Part shown: one piece after another, positions 19,548 through 30,610 of the stretch
How the letters are laid out: every line of letters starts with the position of its first letter
Position numbering within the stretch: position 1 is the stretch's first letter
From: Vicinamibacteria bacterium
GTDB lineage: Bacteria > Acidobacteriota > Vicinamibacteria > Marinacidobacterales > Marinacidobacteraceae
Assembly: GCA_963422395.1 (NCBI GenBank)
Contig: OY729431.1
Coordinates: 704,001 to 768,000 of the forward strand
Direction: 5' to 3'
Length of the DNA: 64,000 nucleotides
The notes under the pieces: generated by a model
Database searches by the model: none
Seen by the model: the letters and a program-made list of their open reading frames with translations, nothing else
What the model was told of the DNA's origin: nothing
Program-made: the position numbers and the translations under genes

Positions 19548-20619
19548 AGTGGGTCATGAAAATGCCCATGCAGGCGGCGGCGAGGATGCCGGGTCCCAGG
19601 ATCCATAGGAGCGGAACCGCCGGCAGGAAAGCGTCCGAGAACACGAGCCGCACGACCGGAGTGCTGAGTGCCAGCAGCGCGGCGAGGGCGACCGCGGTGA
19701 CGGCACCCACCACGCGCACGCAGCGCGCAACCAGCAGGGGCTGCTCGTTGTCGGCGATGCGCGGGAGCAGCGCGTTGCCGACGGCCGAGGAGAAATGGGT
19801 GAGTCCCGCCATGAGTGCGCTGGCAGCGGCGAACAACCCGATATCGGCCGGGCGCCCGATCAGTCCGAGAACCAGGATGCCGAGGTGCAGTTCGATTCCC
19901 TGGCCGACCCGCGCGACATGGAACTTCAGGCCGTAGCCGAGGATTCGGGCGAGAGCAGCCCGCGTCGGGATGCCCAGCGACAATCCGCAATGCCGCCGCA
20001 GATCCCGGACGCAGAGAGCTGCCATGACGAGCTGGGCGGCGGCGAAGGAAAGCAGGGCGCCGAAAATTCCGAGTCCCAGGACCCAGACCAGCAGCACGAT
20101 GGCGAGCCCCTGCCCCGCGGCGCGAAGCAGGACGAAGATCCCGACGCGGGCGAAGCGCCGGACTGCGAGGAGGAGGTGCTCGATCGCAGCCGAAAACGCG
20201 ATGAGCGGAACCAGCATCGCCGCCAGTCGAAACTCAGCAGCAGCCGCCTTCTGGAAGAAAGGGATGCCGCTTCCGATCAGGGGGATCGCGAGCGCGATGG
20301 CCGCTCCGCCTCCGGCGAGGGCGATCGCGAGCGCAGAGGACACCGCCTGCGAAACACTCAGCTGTCTCGCGGCGAGGAAGTACTGCGCGCCCTGTTCGGC
20401 GCCGGGGGTGAAGAGGAGCACGAACAGCGAGGCGAACACCAGACAGACGGCGTAGCTCCCCCTGCCTTCGGGAAGGAGCATCCAGGCGAGCATCCCCTGG
20501 ACCAGGAGTCCGAACACCATGAGGCCGATCTGGGTTGCGAGCGCGACTGCGGCGTCTTGCCCGCCGGTGGTGTTCGGGAGGCGCACCGCATCGCCGGCGG
20601 CCGGTTTCGAAGCGGGCAT
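19147..20619 (-). CDS. Wzx-like oligosaccharide flippase (MOP superfamily)
   Basis: About 12 hydrophobic helices; LLPEGRGSYA and IGLFAAA motifs typical of polysaccharide exporters. Confidence 0.75.
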   Translation of the reverse strand: MPASKPAAGDAVRLPNTTGGQDAAVALATQIGLMVFGLLVQGMLAWMLLPEGRGSYAVCLVFASLFVLLFTPGAEQGAQYFLAARQLSVSQAVSSALAIALAGGGAAIALAIPLIGSGIPFFQKAAAAEFRLAAMLVPLIAFSAAIEHLLLAVRRFARVGIFVLLRAAGQGLAIVLLVWVLGLGIFGALLSFAAAQLVMAALCVRDLRRHCGLSLGIPTRAALARILGYGLKFHVARVGQGIELHLGILVLGLIGRPADIGLFAAASALMAGLTHFSSAVGNALLPRIADNEQPLLVARCVRVVGAVTAVALAALLALSTPVVRLVFSDAFLPAVPLLWILGPGILAAACMGIFMTHFRGIDRPEICSWAVGVGLLGNLGVLLVLYPLLGVRGAAWAMTVGMTFRLLLLAVSFRRTTRMGWRSVWMPQRSDALFFEKAARSLLGSKRPKSRRGGDAGALPAPLPPGGSTGVERRLRPGSGAPPNGGRGSS

Positions 20620-20871
20620 GGTCGGCGCGTCGTTCTGCGGCGCAGGCTGCTCGGGGCGCCGCGGGAGACGAAACGCCCAAGGAAAACGTCCGGGGAACGA
20701 GCGGCGCGGGCGGCGGTGCGACCGAGAGTCGCAGACGAACGCGGGACTCTACCCGCCGCCGTTCGCTCCGGCCGATCGGCCCCGAGGCTTCTATCCGTCA
20801 TTGACTTCGGCGAGAGGGTTCCGCTACTCTGCCCCCCGGGCTTGTCATCGCTCCGCATCTGGAGGTTCCTC

Positions 20872-21438
20872 GTGAGAAAAGCCATCGCCACTCTTCTTCT
20901 GCTGACTTTCGCGACGGTCGGCGTTGGGTTTGCGGTGTCGGCGTGCTCGAAGCCGCCTCCCCCGCCCCCACCGCCGCCCGAAGAGCCGCCGCCGCCGCCT
21001 CCTCCGCCGCCGCCGCCGCCTCCTCCGCCGCCAGCGCCGCCGCTGCCGCCGCCCACCGAGCGCGACCTGTATCTCGATGCGGAGATGATGGAACTGCAGA
21101 ACAATCTGTCCGACATCTATTTCGCGTACGATGAGTCCGAGCTGACGGACGCCTCCATGAGCACGCTGCGATCGAATTCCGACTGGCTCCAGCGTCCCTA
21201 TGTGTCGGCCATGATCCAGATCGAGGGCCACTGCGACGAGCGCGGCACCGTGGAGTACAACCAGGCGCTCGGCGAGCGGCGTGCGCGCGCCGCCCATGAC
21301 TATCTGGTGTCGCTCGGAGTTCCGGAGAGTCGGCTCGAAATGGTGAGCTACGGCAAGGAACGCCCGCAGTGCACCGAGAGCAATGAGGACTGCTGGCAGC
21401 AGAACCGCCGCGCGTACTTCCGGATCACCACGAAGTAG
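20872..21438 (+). CDS. pal: Peptidoglycan-associated lipoprotein (OmpA C-like domain) with poly-Pro linker
   Basis: GGAGG RBS plus GTG at 20872; lipobox VSAC; IYFAYD, IEGHCDERGTVEYNQALGERRA, SYGKERP, NRR. Confidence 0.88.
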   Translation: MRKAIATLLLLTFATVGVGFAVSACSKPPPPPPPPPEEPPPPPPPPPPPPPPPPAPPLPPPTERDLYLDAEMMELQNNLSDIYFAYDESELTDASMSTLRSNSDWLQRPYVSAMIQIEGHCDERGTVEYNQALGERRARAAHDYLVSLGVPESRLEMVSYGKERPQCTESNEDCWQQNRRAYFRITTK

Positions 21439-21626
21439 CGCGAAGCAGCAAGTCGTTCACCGCGCCGCGCCGGCGCCCCTCCGGGAGGGAGCCGCCGGCG
21501 CCGGCCCTGCTTATCGCAGTGGGGTGCGTATCTCGACGGGGTTTTCCGGGGTTGTGTTCCCGCCCGGGCGGAGTGCCGGATTTCGGACTCGATCTTGGCG
21601 GGCGAATCGGGTTTTTCGGGTCTTCT

Positions 21627-22691
21627 CTACGGATCTCCGGCTCTTCCCCGCAAGGCGGGGGAGGGAAGGCGGGTGAGTTCGTCGGTCTCGAAGCGCGGGA
21701 GGTCGCGGCGTACCGATCCCCGGAGCAGCCGGAGTCCCTCGGAAGCGCGAACGAATCGTCCGATCGGATAGGCGGGGATTCCGGCCTCGCGCAGTCGGTC
21801 CAGCAGGTCCCCGGTCCCCGATTCGCTGCAGGCGATCAGCAGCGCTCCCGATCCGATGGCGCCGAGGATGTCGAGTCCGTAGTGCGCGAGCAGGCGCTTC
21901 GATTCGAAAAACCGCGGAATCTCCGCCTCTGCGACGATCACGCCGAGCCCGGCAGCTTCGGCCATCTCCCGGATCGCTGTCGCCACTCCGCCTTCGGTGA
22001 CATCGTGCATCGCGTGAACTTCCACCGAGCCGGCGGCGATGCGGGCCTCGGGAAGCACGCTGATGCCGGGTTCTTCGAGGAACCCGAGGCAGCGATCCCG
22101 CAATTCCGCTCCGAATTCCCGGGCGATCTCGTCGCTGCGTTCCGCGCCGATCACCGCGGTGGCCTCGATTGCGATTCCCTTCGTGATGAGGAGCATGTCG
22201 CCTTCCTCGGCGCCGCCGCTCGGTTTGATCCGCTCGGCGGTCGCGTCGCCGACCATGGCGCCCGCAACGATCTCACGCCGTACCGCCGAGGAGATTTCAG
22301 TATGCCCGCCGACGGGAACGGCCCCCACTTCGCAGCAGCCCCGGGCGATGCCGGCGGCGATTTCGGCGAGGCGCGTCTCCCCGGTTCCCCGAGGCACGAC
22401 GACCGAGGAAAGGAACCAGCGCGGCTCCCCGCCGGTGGCCGCGACATCGTTTGCGTTCACGATCACCGAGTGCCAACCGGGATCAGCGCTCGGAAAGGTG
22501 ATCGGGTCGGCCGCCAGCACCAGTCGGGGCGCCCCTCCGGCTCTTGCTACCGCGGCGTCCTCGCCGGGCGCCGGTCCCAAATCGAGGCCGGCTCCCCCGC
22601 CTGGATCCGGGACCAGTGAATCCAGAAAACGCCGGAGGACCCGCGGGGGAAGCTTGCCCTCGCGGAGTTCTTCGAGTTCTTCGTTCGACAT
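21627..22691 (-). CDS. AIR synthase-related (HypE/ThiL/PurM superfamily) protein
   Basis: GKLP, PGEDAAV, DPITF, NANDVA, GGHTE, MHDVTEGG. ATG at 22691. Confidence 0.8.
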   Translation of the reverse strand: MSNEELEELREGKLPPRVLRRFLDSLVPDPGGGAGLDLGPAPGEDAAVARAGGAPRLVLAADPITFPSADPGWHSVIVNANDVAATGGEPRWFLSSVVVPRGTGETRLAEIAAGIARGCCEVGAVPVGGHTEISSAVRREIVAGAMVGDATAERIKPSGGAEEGDMLLITKGIAIEATAVIGAERSDEIAREFGAELRDRCLGFLEEPGISVLPEARIAAGSVEVHAMHDVTEGGVATAIREMAEAAGLGVIVAEAEIPRFFESKRLLAHYGLDILGAIGSGALLIACSESGTGDLLDRLREAGIPAYPIGRFVRASEGLRLLRGSVRRDLPRFETDELTRLPSPALRGRAGDP

Positions 22692-22755
22692 CCGGTTAGG
22701 GTACGGCGCCGCCCGGCGTAGCCCGCCGCGGCCCCGAAACTCTCCCCGGTTCCCC

Positions 22756-24132
22756 ATGCGTCTCGTCGTCCTCGGCGCCGGCCAGATGGGGGCGCATCTG
22801 CTGCGGCAGTTGAGCCGTCTCCCCGACGACCACGACATAACTCTGGTGGAGAAGGATTCGGTAGTCGGCTCCCACTTGCTCCGCAAGTTCGACATCGGGA
22901 TCATCGAGGGAGACGCCCGGGTTCCCGCAGTGCTGCACCAGCACTGCGCCGGCGCCGATGTGCTCTTCGCCCTCACGAACGACGATGCCACGAACCTGCT
23001 CGCGGCGCTCACCGCCACCGACCCCTCGATCGGCGTACAGCGGGCGGTCGTCCGCCTGAGCGATCCCCGCCATGAACAGAGCCCGCTGCTCGGCGAAGAC
23101 AGCCGCCGCTGGAAGATCGAGACGATCCTGCCGGAGGCGCTGGTGGCGCAGGAGATCCTGGGGCTCATCCGCTATCCGGGTGCCCGCTCGGTCCGCTCCT
23201 TCGGCGACGGGGTCCTCGTGCTGCTGCGCGCGGTTCCGCAAGAGCCGTCGGTCTTCGATCGGCCGCTCGAAGAAATAGAGACCGCACCGCGGGGCTGGAT
23301 CCTCACCGGGATCCTGCGCCGGCGCGGCGGGCACCTGGTGATTCCGCGGGGGGCGACCGAGGTACACGATGGGGATGAGGTCTTCGCGGTCGGACCCGCC
23401 GCCGAGGCTTCGAACTTCCTGCGGGCCGTGGGGCTCGACTGGCGGCCCACCAAGCGGGTGGTGATCGCCGGGCTCGGACAGGTCGGCCGGCGCCTGGGGG
23501 AGCTGCTGCTGGATTCGGGAGTGGACATCACGATCATCCGCCACCGGCAAAGCGGCGAGCCCTCGCTTCCCGCCCACACCATCGTCGGCGATGCGACGGA
23601 AGAGGACATCCTGCGGGAGGCCGAAGTGGGCGGTGCCGACTTCTTCGTCGCGGCCACCGCTGCCGACGAAGTCAACTTCATGTCCGCGCACCTCGCCAAG
23701 AAAGCGGGCGCCCGGCGGACGATCGCCCTCCACAACCGCGACGACCTGCGCGAGGTGATGCAGGATCTCGGCGTGGACCATCCGATATCTCCGGGAGTGA
23801 TCACTGCCGGAGCGCTCCTGAAACTCCTGCATTCCCGGGCGATGCTGCGGCTCGACTGGATCGAGGGCGGCGGCGAACTCGTGGAGATCGAAGTGGCGAA
23901 GAACAGCCCCGCCACCAAAGCGCCCCTGCGCGAGCTCGGAGTCCCCCATAGCTGCATCGTGGGCGAGGTGGTGAGAGCGAAGTCGGCCCCCTTCGTCCCC
24001 GACGGCAACACCGAGTTCATCCCCGGTGACCGGGTGGCGCTCTTCATGAGTCAGGGCGCTCGAGGAGAGTCGGGAGAGCCGGAGTCGCTGCTTTGCGAGC
24101 TCGAGCGCCTCTTCGGCAGTTCGGGCCGATGA
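22756..24132 (+). CDS. trkA: Trk potassium uptake NAD-binding subunit
   Basis: Two RCK_N Rossmann motifs (GAGQMG, GLGQVG) plus RCK_C domains; upstream of trkH. Confidence 0.85.
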   Translation: MRLVVLGAGQMGAHLLRQLSRLPDDHDITLVEKDSVVGSHLLRKFDIGIIEGDARVPAVLHQHCAGADVLFALTNDDATNLLAALTATDPSIGVQRAVVRLSDPRHEQSPLLGEDSRRWKIETILPEALVAQEILGLIRYPGARSVRSFGDGVLVLLRAVPQEPSVFDRPLEEIETAPRGWILTGILRRRGGHLVIPRGATEVHDGDEVFAVGPAAEASNFLRAVGLDWRPTKRVVIAGLGQVGRRLGELLLDSGVDITIIRHRQSGEPSLPAHTIVGDATEEDILREAEVGGADFFVAATAADEVNFMSAHLAKKAGARRTIALHNRDDLREVMQDLGVDHPISPGVITAGALLKLLHSRAMLRLDWIEGGGELVEIEVAKNSPATKAPLRELGVPHSCIVGEVVRAKSAPFVPDGNTEFIPGDRVALFMSQGARGESGEPESLLCELERLFGSSGR

Positions 24133-24163
24133 ATCGGAGCCGGTCCCGGTCTCTCCGCCGCCG

Positions 24164-25705
24164 GTGAACCGCGTCGAAATCGCCGCCCTTCTCGGTCGCC
24201 TGGCCGGAGTGCTGGGAGCGGCGATGCTCGCTCCCCTCGGACTCGCGGTCGCTCTCGGCGAGCCGGCCTGGCCGGCTTTCGCCGTTCCGGCCCTGCTCGG
24301 GCTCGGGCTGAGCCGGCTCAGCCGGCGGCTGCCCCTCGACCCTGACGGCCCCGCTTCCGGCAGCGGCGGCTCGCGGGTCTATCTCTTCGTGGTGCTGGCC
24401 TGGGGTCTCGCCGCCGGATTCGGCGCCGTGCCCTACCTCGGCCTCTTCGGTCCCGGTTTTTTCGCCGACGCTCTCTTCGAGTCGGCTTCGGGGTTTTCGA
24501 CCACCGGCGCCACCATCTTCTCCGAGGTGGAGTCGCTGCCCCGTTCGCTGCTCCTGTGGCGGTCGCTCACCCAGTGGCTCGGCGGGCTCGGCATCGTGAT
24601 CGTCTTCGTCTGGCTGCTCGGCCGGCGGCAGTGGGGCGTGGAAGTGCTGTCGGCGGAGGCGCCGGGCCCGACCCCGGAAAAGACCGAGCCGAAGATGAGC
24701 GAGACCGCTCGGGACACGGTGATCGTCGGGATCGTGCTGACCGCGGTGCTCGCCGCGATCCTGCTCGCCCTGGATGTGCCGGCGTTCGATGCGGTCTGCC
24801 ATGCCCTGACCACTCTGGCGACCGGCGGGTTTTCGACCCGCAACGACAGCCTCGCCGCCTTCGATCCCGTCGTCCAGTGGGTGGTCTGCTTCTTCATGTT
24901 CCTCGGCGGCGTCCGATTCGCGATCCACACCTACGAAGGGAAGCGCGTCTGGGCGCGGATCATCGGGGCGGTTCGGCGCCTCGGGAACCGCCGCTGGCGC
25001 CGGCGGGTGTCGGCGCCGCCGACCGCGAGCTACCTGGACGATCCCGAGCTGCGGCTCTACGGGAGCGTGGTCGCGGCCGCCGCGGCACTGCTGTTCCTCG
25101 GCCGGATCTCGGCGGGGGAGGGTTGGGCCGAGGGTCTCCGCCACGCCATGTTCCAGGCGGTGGCGGTGATCACCACCACGGGCTATTCGACCGCAGACTA
25201 CGACCAGTGGTCCCACTTCAGCCGCCTCCTCATCCTCCTCCTGATGTTCTCCGGGGGGTGCGTGGGTTCGACGGCCGGTTCGGTCAAGGTGCTCCGCTGG
25301 CTGATCCTGTTCAAGAAGATGCCGCTCGCCGTCCGGGTGGTGACCCAGCCCCACACCGAACTCCGCGTCCATGTCGGCCGCAGCGTCGTGCGCTCTTCGG
25401 TGAGCTCCACCATCGGCGAGTCCATCCTGCTGTTCTTCGGGGTCGCGGCGGCCGGCGGCCTGGCGGTCTGTGCGATGGGGGTGGATCCGGTCACTGCGTT
25501 CAGCGCCTCGGCGGCCAGCGTGACGAATGTGGGTCCCGGCCTCGCCGCAGTCGGTCCCGCCGCCGACTACTCCTCCCTCCCGGCTGCGGCGAAGCTGCTG
25601 CTCGCGGCGCTGATGATCGCCGGCCGCCTCGAGATCGTGACCGTCGCCGTCTTGCTGTTCAGCCCGCTGAGAGCCCTGCGCGCCCGCCTTCGCTCGGCGC
25701 TTTGA
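24164..25705 (+). CDS. trkH: Trk potassium uptake membrane subunit
   Basis: FESASGFSTTGAT, QWLGGLG, ATGGFS, TTTGY, GSTAGSVK, NVGPG, GRLEI. Confidence 0.9.
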   Translation: MNRVEIAALLGRLAGVLGAAMLAPLGLAVALGEPAWPAFAVPALLGLGLSRLSRRLPLDPDGPASGSGGSRVYLFVVLAWGLAAGFGAVPYLGLFGPGFFADALFESASGFSTTGATIFSEVESLPRSLLLWRSLTQWLGGLGIVIVFVWLLGRRQWGVEVLSAEAPGPTPEKTEPKMSETARDTVIVGIVLTAVLAAILLALDVPAFDAVCHALTTLATGGFSTRNDSLAAFDPVVQWVVCFFMFLGGVRFAIHTYEGKRVWARIIGAVRRLGNRRWRRRVSAPPTASYLDDPELRLYGSVVAAAAALLFLGRISAGEGWAEGLRHAMFQAVAVITTTGYSTADYDQWSHFSRLLILLLMFSGGCVGSTAGSVKVLRWLILFKKMPLAVRVVTQPHTELRVHVGRSVVRSSVSSTIGESILLFFGVAAAGGLAVCAMGVDPVTAFSASAASVTNVGPGLAAVGPAADYSSLPAAAKLLLAALMIAGRLEIVTVAVLLFSPLRALRARLRSAL

Positions 25706-25805
25706 GGACGCAGCGTGCCGCTCGCCGCGCCGCCTCCCCGCTCTCGGGGCTCACGCCACTTCATCCACAGCCTGCTAGAGGATCGGAGCCTCCTACAATC
25801 GGTGG

Positions 25806-27785
25806 ATGCCTGAGCGACCGAACCCGGAAACCCCGAACCCGGAGATCCCGGAACAGGAAATCGAGGTCCTGCTCGAGGAACAGCGTTCCTACCCGCCGCC
25901 GGAGGGATTCCGCCGGACGGCCCGGTTCCGCGACGAATCCATCTACCGCGAGGCGGAGCGGGACCCGGAGGCGTTTTGGGCCGCGGCGGCGGCGAAGCTG
26001 GAGTGGAGTCGGAGCTGGGACCGGGTGCTCGACTGGAAGCCGCCCTTCGCCCGCTGGTTCGTCGGGGGAAAGCTGAACGCCAGCGTCAACTGCCTCGACC
26101 GGCATCTGGCGCGGGGTCTCGCCGACCGACCGGCATTCCTCTGGGAAGGCGAGCCGGGCGACTGCCGAACGCTCCGTTACGGCGAACTCCACCGGGAGGT
26201 CTGCCGCTTCGCGGGCGTTCTGCGGGGCCTCGGGGTGAGAAAGGGTGACCGGGTGGCGATCTATCTGCCGATGATCCCGGAGCTGCCCATCGCGATGCTC
26301 GCCTGCGCCCGGATCGGGGCGCCGCACAGCGTGGTGTTCGCCGGCTTTTCGGCGCAGTCGCTGCGCGACCGGATCAACGATGCCGAGGCGAAAGTACTCG
26401 TCACTGCCGACGGCGGCTACCGGCGCGGCGGGATCGTTCCGTTGAAATCCATCGCCGACGAGGCGCTCACCGACACGCCTTCGATCACTTCCGTCGTCGT
26501 GGTGCGCCGTACCGGCGAAGAGGTTCCGATGCGGCCGGGCCGGGACCGGGATTGGTCCGAGCTGATGGACGGCGCGCCGGACTTCGCCGAACCCGAGGAG
26601 ATGGACGCCGAAGACATCCTCTACATCCTCTACACCTCCGGCACGACCGGAAAACCGAAGGGGATCGTGCACACCACCGGCGGCTATCTCACCGGAGTCA
26701 CGGCGACGGCGAGGGCGGTGTTCGATCTTCGGGATTCGGACATCTGGTGGGCCGCTGCCGACATCGGCTGGGTGACCGGGCATTCCTACATCGTCTATGG
26801 TCCGCTCGCGCTGGGGATCACCCAGGTCCTCTACGAGGGGGCGCCGGACTGGCCGGACCGCTCCCGGATCTGGTCCATCATCGAGCGATACCGGGTCAGT
26901 TGTTTCTACACCGCCCCGACCGCCATCCGCGCGTTCATGAAGTGGGGCGCTTCGCACCCGGCCGGCCGCGACCTCGCTTCGCTCCGCCTGCTCGGGACGG
27001 TGGGAGAGCCGATCAATCCGGAAGCATGGGTCTGGTACCACCGGGAGATCGGCGGCGGCCGCTGTCCGGTGGTGGATACCTGGTGGCAGACCGAGACCGG
27101 GATGATCCTCGCCGCTCCGCTCCCGGGAATCACCACCCTGAAACCGGGATCGGCGACCCGCGCGTTTCCGGGGATCGTTCTCGACATCCTCGACCGCGGG
27201 GGCAACCGGGTCGAGGTCGGCGGAGGCTTGCTCGCGGTCACCCGCCCCTGGCCGGCGATGCTGCGCGGCATCTGGGGGGACGAGGAGCGGTTCCGCAAGA
27301 CCTACTGGAGCCAGTGGAAGGACATCTATTTCCCCGCCGACGGTGCGCGGCGCGACGAGGACGGCGACTTCTGGATCATGGGGCGGGTGGACGATGTGCT
27401 GAATGTCTCGGGCCACCGGCTGGGAGCGGCGGAGATCGAGAGCGCCCTCGTCGAGCACGAAGCGGTCGCGGAAGCGGCGGTGGTCGGGCGTCCGCACGAC
27501 ATCAAGGGCGAGGGGATCGCTGCGTTCGTGGTTCTCCGGGAGGCGGCACCGGGCCGCGAGGATCTCGCCGCCGAGTTGAAGGCCCATGTCGCGGCGGCGA
27601 TCGGGGCCATCGCCCGTCCCGACGACATCGTGTTCGCCGCCGATGTGCCGAAGACCCGCTCGGGCAAGATCATGCGCCGCCTGCTGCGCGACATCGCGGC
27701 GGGCAAGGCCATCGGCGACACGACTACCCTCGCCGACCCCGCGGTCGTCGAGAAGCTGCGAGAGGAGTACGGTGATGAAGACTGA
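25806..27785 (+). CDS. acs: Acetate--CoA ligase (acetyl-CoA synthetase)
   Basis: [44 protein letters not shown]. Confidence 0.95.
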   Translation: MPERPNPETPNPEIPEQEIEVLLEEQRSYPPPEGFRRTARFRDESIYREAERDPEAFWAAAAAKLEWSRSWDRVLDWKPPFARWFVGGKLNASVNCLDRHLARGLADRPAFLWEGEPGDCRTLRYGELHREVCRFAGVLRGLGVRKGDRVAIYLPMIPELPIAMLACARIGAPHSVVFAGFSAQSLRDRINDAEAKVLVTADGGYRRGGIVPLKSIADEALTDTPSITSVVVVRRTGEEVPMRPGRDRDWSELMDGAPDFAEPEEMDAEDILYILYTSGTTGKPKGIVHTTGGYLTGVTATARAVFDLRDSDIWWAAADIGWVTGHSYIVYGPLALGITQVLYEGAPDWPDRSRIWSIIERYRVSCFYTAPTAIRAFMKWGASHPAGRDLASLRLLGTVGEPINPEAWVWYHREIGGGRCPVVDTWWQTETGMILAAPLPGITTLKPGSATRAFPGIVLDILDRGGNRVEVGGGLLAVTRPWPAMLRGIWGDEERFRKTYWSQWKDIYFPADGARRDEDGDFWIMGRVDDVLNVSGHRLGAAEIESALVEHEAVAEAAVVGRPHDIKGEGIAAFVVLREAAPGREDLAAELKAHVAAAIGAIARPDDIVFAADVPKTRSGKIMRRLLRDIAAGKAIGDTTTLADPAVVEKLREEYGDED

Positions 27786-29250
27786 AACCCCGACGGTTCG
27801 GGTGATGGAGGATGCTTCGGCCCGGGAGGGCGTCCTGGTGGCGTACCTCCTCGACGATGCGATGCACTTCGCGGCGCCGGCCTCCCTGGAAGATGGCGAG
27901 TTCCTGGCAAGGGCGCATCGGATCTTCGGGGATCCGAGCGTGAAGCGGGAGATCGCCGACCACGGAGGCCCGCAGAGCGCCTCGACCCTGGCTCTCCACA
28001 CCCGCTCCCGCGAGCACGAAGCGGCGCCCGATGCGGTCCGCGTCCTCGCCGCCCGCGCGGTCGGGCACGCCCGTGACTTCGGCCTTTCCGAAGTGGTCTT
28101 CCCGCTGCTCGGGGTCGACGGTCCTCGATTCGCGGGCACGGTCGCCGAAGGCGCCGTCCTCGGCGCCTACCGCTTCGCCCGTTACCTGAAAACCCCCGGC
28201 GACCCCGCGTCCCCCAGCGTGCGGATCGCGGTCTCCGCAGAAGCGCTCCCCGAAGTTCGCCGGAGCGTGGGCCGGGCGGTCCGGCTCGCCGCCGAAGTGA
28301 ATCGAGCCCGCGATCTGGTGAACGAACCGGGAGAGGCGGTCACTCCGGAATCCCTGGCCGGGGAAGCGCGCGCGGTGGCCGCCGAGACCGGCCTCGAGGT
28401 GCAGGTCTGGACAGAAGCAGCCCTCCGCACGGAGGGCTATCCGGGACTGCTCTCGGTGGGGCAGGGCAGCAATCGGCCGCCGCGGCTCATCGTCCTTCGC
28501 CACCGGCCGCCGGCGCCGGGCGCCGCCCACCTCGCGCTCGTCGGGAAGGGGATCACCTTCGACACCGGCGGGATTTCGCTCAAGCCCCCTTCGGGGATGT
28601 GGACCATGAAGGGCGACATGTCGGGCGCCGCCGCCGTGCTCCGGGCGATGTCGGCGGTGGCGCGGGAGGAGGTTCCGGCAACGGTCACCGGCATCGTCGC
28701 GGCGGCCGAGAACTACCCCGGCCCGGCGGCGACTCGGCCTGGAGACATCTTCCGCGCCCGGAACGGCAAGTCGGTGATGGTGGACAACACCGATGCCGAA
28801 GGGCGGCTGGTGCTCACCGACGCGCTGGCGCGGGCCGGGGAGGAAGGCGCCACCCACATCGTCGACATCGCCACCCTCACCGGCGCCGCGGTCCGCGCGC
28901 TCGGAACCGGAGTGGCGGGAATCCTCGGGAACGACCCCGACTGGGTGCGTGCGGTCATCGCTGCGGGCGAGCCGCACGGCGAGGTCTTCTGGGAGTTGCC
29001 CCTGGTGAAGGAGTACCGCGACGAGCTGCGCTGCGACTCCGCCGACCTCAAGAACATCGGCGGAGTGAACGCAGGGGCGATCACGGCGGGGCTCTTCCTC
29101 GAGGAGTTCGTTCCGGAGGGGGCCGCCTGGGCGCACCTCGACATCGCCGGGCCCTTCCTCGTGGAAAAGCCCTGGAAGTACTACCCGAAGGGCGCGACCG
29201 GCTTCGGGGTCCGCACGCTGTTCGAGACCGCCGCCCGGTTCGCCGGGTAG
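27775..29250 (+). CDS. pepA: Leucyl aminopeptidase (M17)
   Basis: [40 protein letters not shown]. Confidence 0.9.
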   Translation: MKTETPTVRVMEDASAREGVLVAYLLDDAMHFAAPASLEDGEFLARAHRIFGDPSVKREIADHGGPQSASTLALHTRSREHEAAPDAVRVLAARAVGHARDFGLSEVVFPLLGVDGPRFAGTVAEGAVLGAYRFARYLKTPGDPASPSVRIAVSAEALPEVRRSVGRAVRLAAEVNRARDLVNEPGEAVTPESLAGEARAVAAETGLEVQVWTEAALRTEGYPGLLSVGQGSNRPPRLIVLRHRPPAPGAAHLALVGKGITFDTGGISLKPPSGMWTMKGDMSGAAAVLRAMSAVAREEVPATVTGIVAAAENYPGPAATRPGDIFRARNGKSVMVDNTDAEGRLVLTDALARAGEEGATHIVDIATLTGAAVRALGTGVAGILGNDPDWVRAVIAAGEPHGEVFWELPLVKEYRDELRCDSADLKNIGGVNAGAITAGLFLEEFVPEGAAWAHLDIAGPFLVEKPWKYYPKGATGFGVRTLFETAARFAG

Positions 29251-29279
29251 CCCAGGCGGGCGAACGCCGGCCGATCCCG

Positions 29280-30602
29280 ATGGAACTCCGAAGCCTCACC
29301 CTCGAGCGGTACAAGGGCTACGCCGAGCGTGTCACCCTCGACCTCGCGCCCCTGACCATCCTGGTGGGTCCGAACGACTCCGGCAAGAGCGCCCTGGCCC
29401 AGGCGATCCAGTTACTCGCCGGGGGGCTCGCGCCGGCGGATGACGAGGCGCGCGAGCCGCTTCCCCTCGCATCCGGCGGCATCCGGCACGGAAAGACCTT
29501 CGAGGATCTGGTGACCGGCCGCTCTGCGCACGGGTGGATCGGCGTGGGGAGTGTCTTTGCCCCCGCCGCCGGCCGCGAGATCTCTCTCGACGCCACGGTG
29601 CAGAACGTGGTCGCTCCGGGCCAGCCTGCCGAGCGTCAGATCTCGAAGTGGCGGTTGAGCAGCGCGGAAGGCGAAGTGGCGGTGGAACGGCTCTCGCTGG
29701 CCGAAGGTGCCGAATACGGAGTGTCTCTGTCCAGGATGCCGCTGTCGGGCGAGACCTCCGATATCCAGCCGATCGTCTGGCGCGGGCTGCTCCCTGCTGA
29801 ACCCAATGCGGTCGCGGCGTCGCTGGCCGAACCCGTGGAGTTGCTCTGGAAGTGGGCGCGCGGCGTCCGGCACCTGCGGTGCCCGCGCACTCTCGTTCCG
29901 TCACCATTTCGGACCGAACAGGCGCCCGCATACTTCGGCTTCCACGGAAGCGGCGGGGTCGGGTTCAACCAGGGGCCGTTCAACACAGTGCATCGGAGCG
30001 CACCCGCACTCGGCCCGTACGGACGGGATGCGCCGCTCGCCCTGGCTTCCGACGACCACCTCCTCGATTCCGTTCGCGGTTGGTACCGCAGCGCCTTCGG
30101 CGTGAGCCTCGACCTGCGCGTCCATGGGCCGCATCGGGACCTCGTGGTTCGACAGTCGAACGGCGCCGCCGACGTCCTTCTCGAACAGTCCGGGGCGGGT
30201 TTGTCCCAGGTGCTCCCCGTGGCGGTTGCCGTGCTGACCGCGCCGAACGCGGGTCCCGGCGTGGAGATCATCGAGCACCCGGAGGCGGAACTCCATCCAG
30301 CGGCGCACGCTCACGTCGCGGAGCTGCTGCTCGCGAACCTCCCCGGGCCGGCGCGGCCGGTGATCGTGGAGACGCACTCCGAGATGCTGCTGCTCCGGGC
30401 TAGACGCTGGATCGCGGAGAGGCGGCTCACCCCGGATCAGGTGCTCGTCTATTGGGTTTCGCGCGAACCGGACCGGGGTTCCACCCTGCAAAAGATCCGC
30501 ATCACCGAGCACGGGGATATGGACAGCTGGCCCCAGGATGTCTTCATCGAGGACTACGAGGAGATCCTGGCGATCCGCCGCGCGGCGCGGGCGAAAGCGT
30601 AG
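29280..30602 (+). CDS. AAA_21/DUF3696-type ABC-like ATPase (putative defence, NsnB-like)
   Basis: Walker A GPNDSGKS, signature SGAGLSQVLP, Walker B IIEHPEAELHP, H-loop ETHSE, and C-terminal G-x-x-x-x-WP-x-x-x-F as in DUF3696. Confidence 0.8.
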   Translation: MELRSLTLERYKGYAERVTLDLAPLTILVGPNDSGKSALAQAIQLLAGGLAPADDEAREPLPLASGGIRHGKTFEDLVTGRSAHGWIGVGSVFAPAAGREISLDATVQNVVAPGQPAERQISKWRLSSAEGEVAVERLSLAEGAEYGVSLSRMPLSGETSDIQPIVWRGLLPAEPNAVAASLAEPVELLWKWARGVRHLRCPRTLVPSPFRTEQAPAYFGFHGSGGVGFNQGPFNTVHRSAPALGPYGRDAPLALASDDHLLDSVRGWYRSAFGVSLDLRVHGPHRDLVVRQSNGAADVLLEQSGAGLSQVLPVAVAVLTAPNAGPGVEIIEHPEAELHPAAHAHVAELLLANLPGPARPVIVETHSEMLLLRARRWIAERRLTPDQVLVYWVSREPDRGSTLQKIRITEHGDMDSWPQDVFIEDYEEILAIRRAARAKA

Positions 30603-30610
30603 AGCTGCGG

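Noticed and set aside
20950-21055. CCG-rich simple repeat
   Set aside because: It encodes the poly-proline linker of Pal and is not a separate element.
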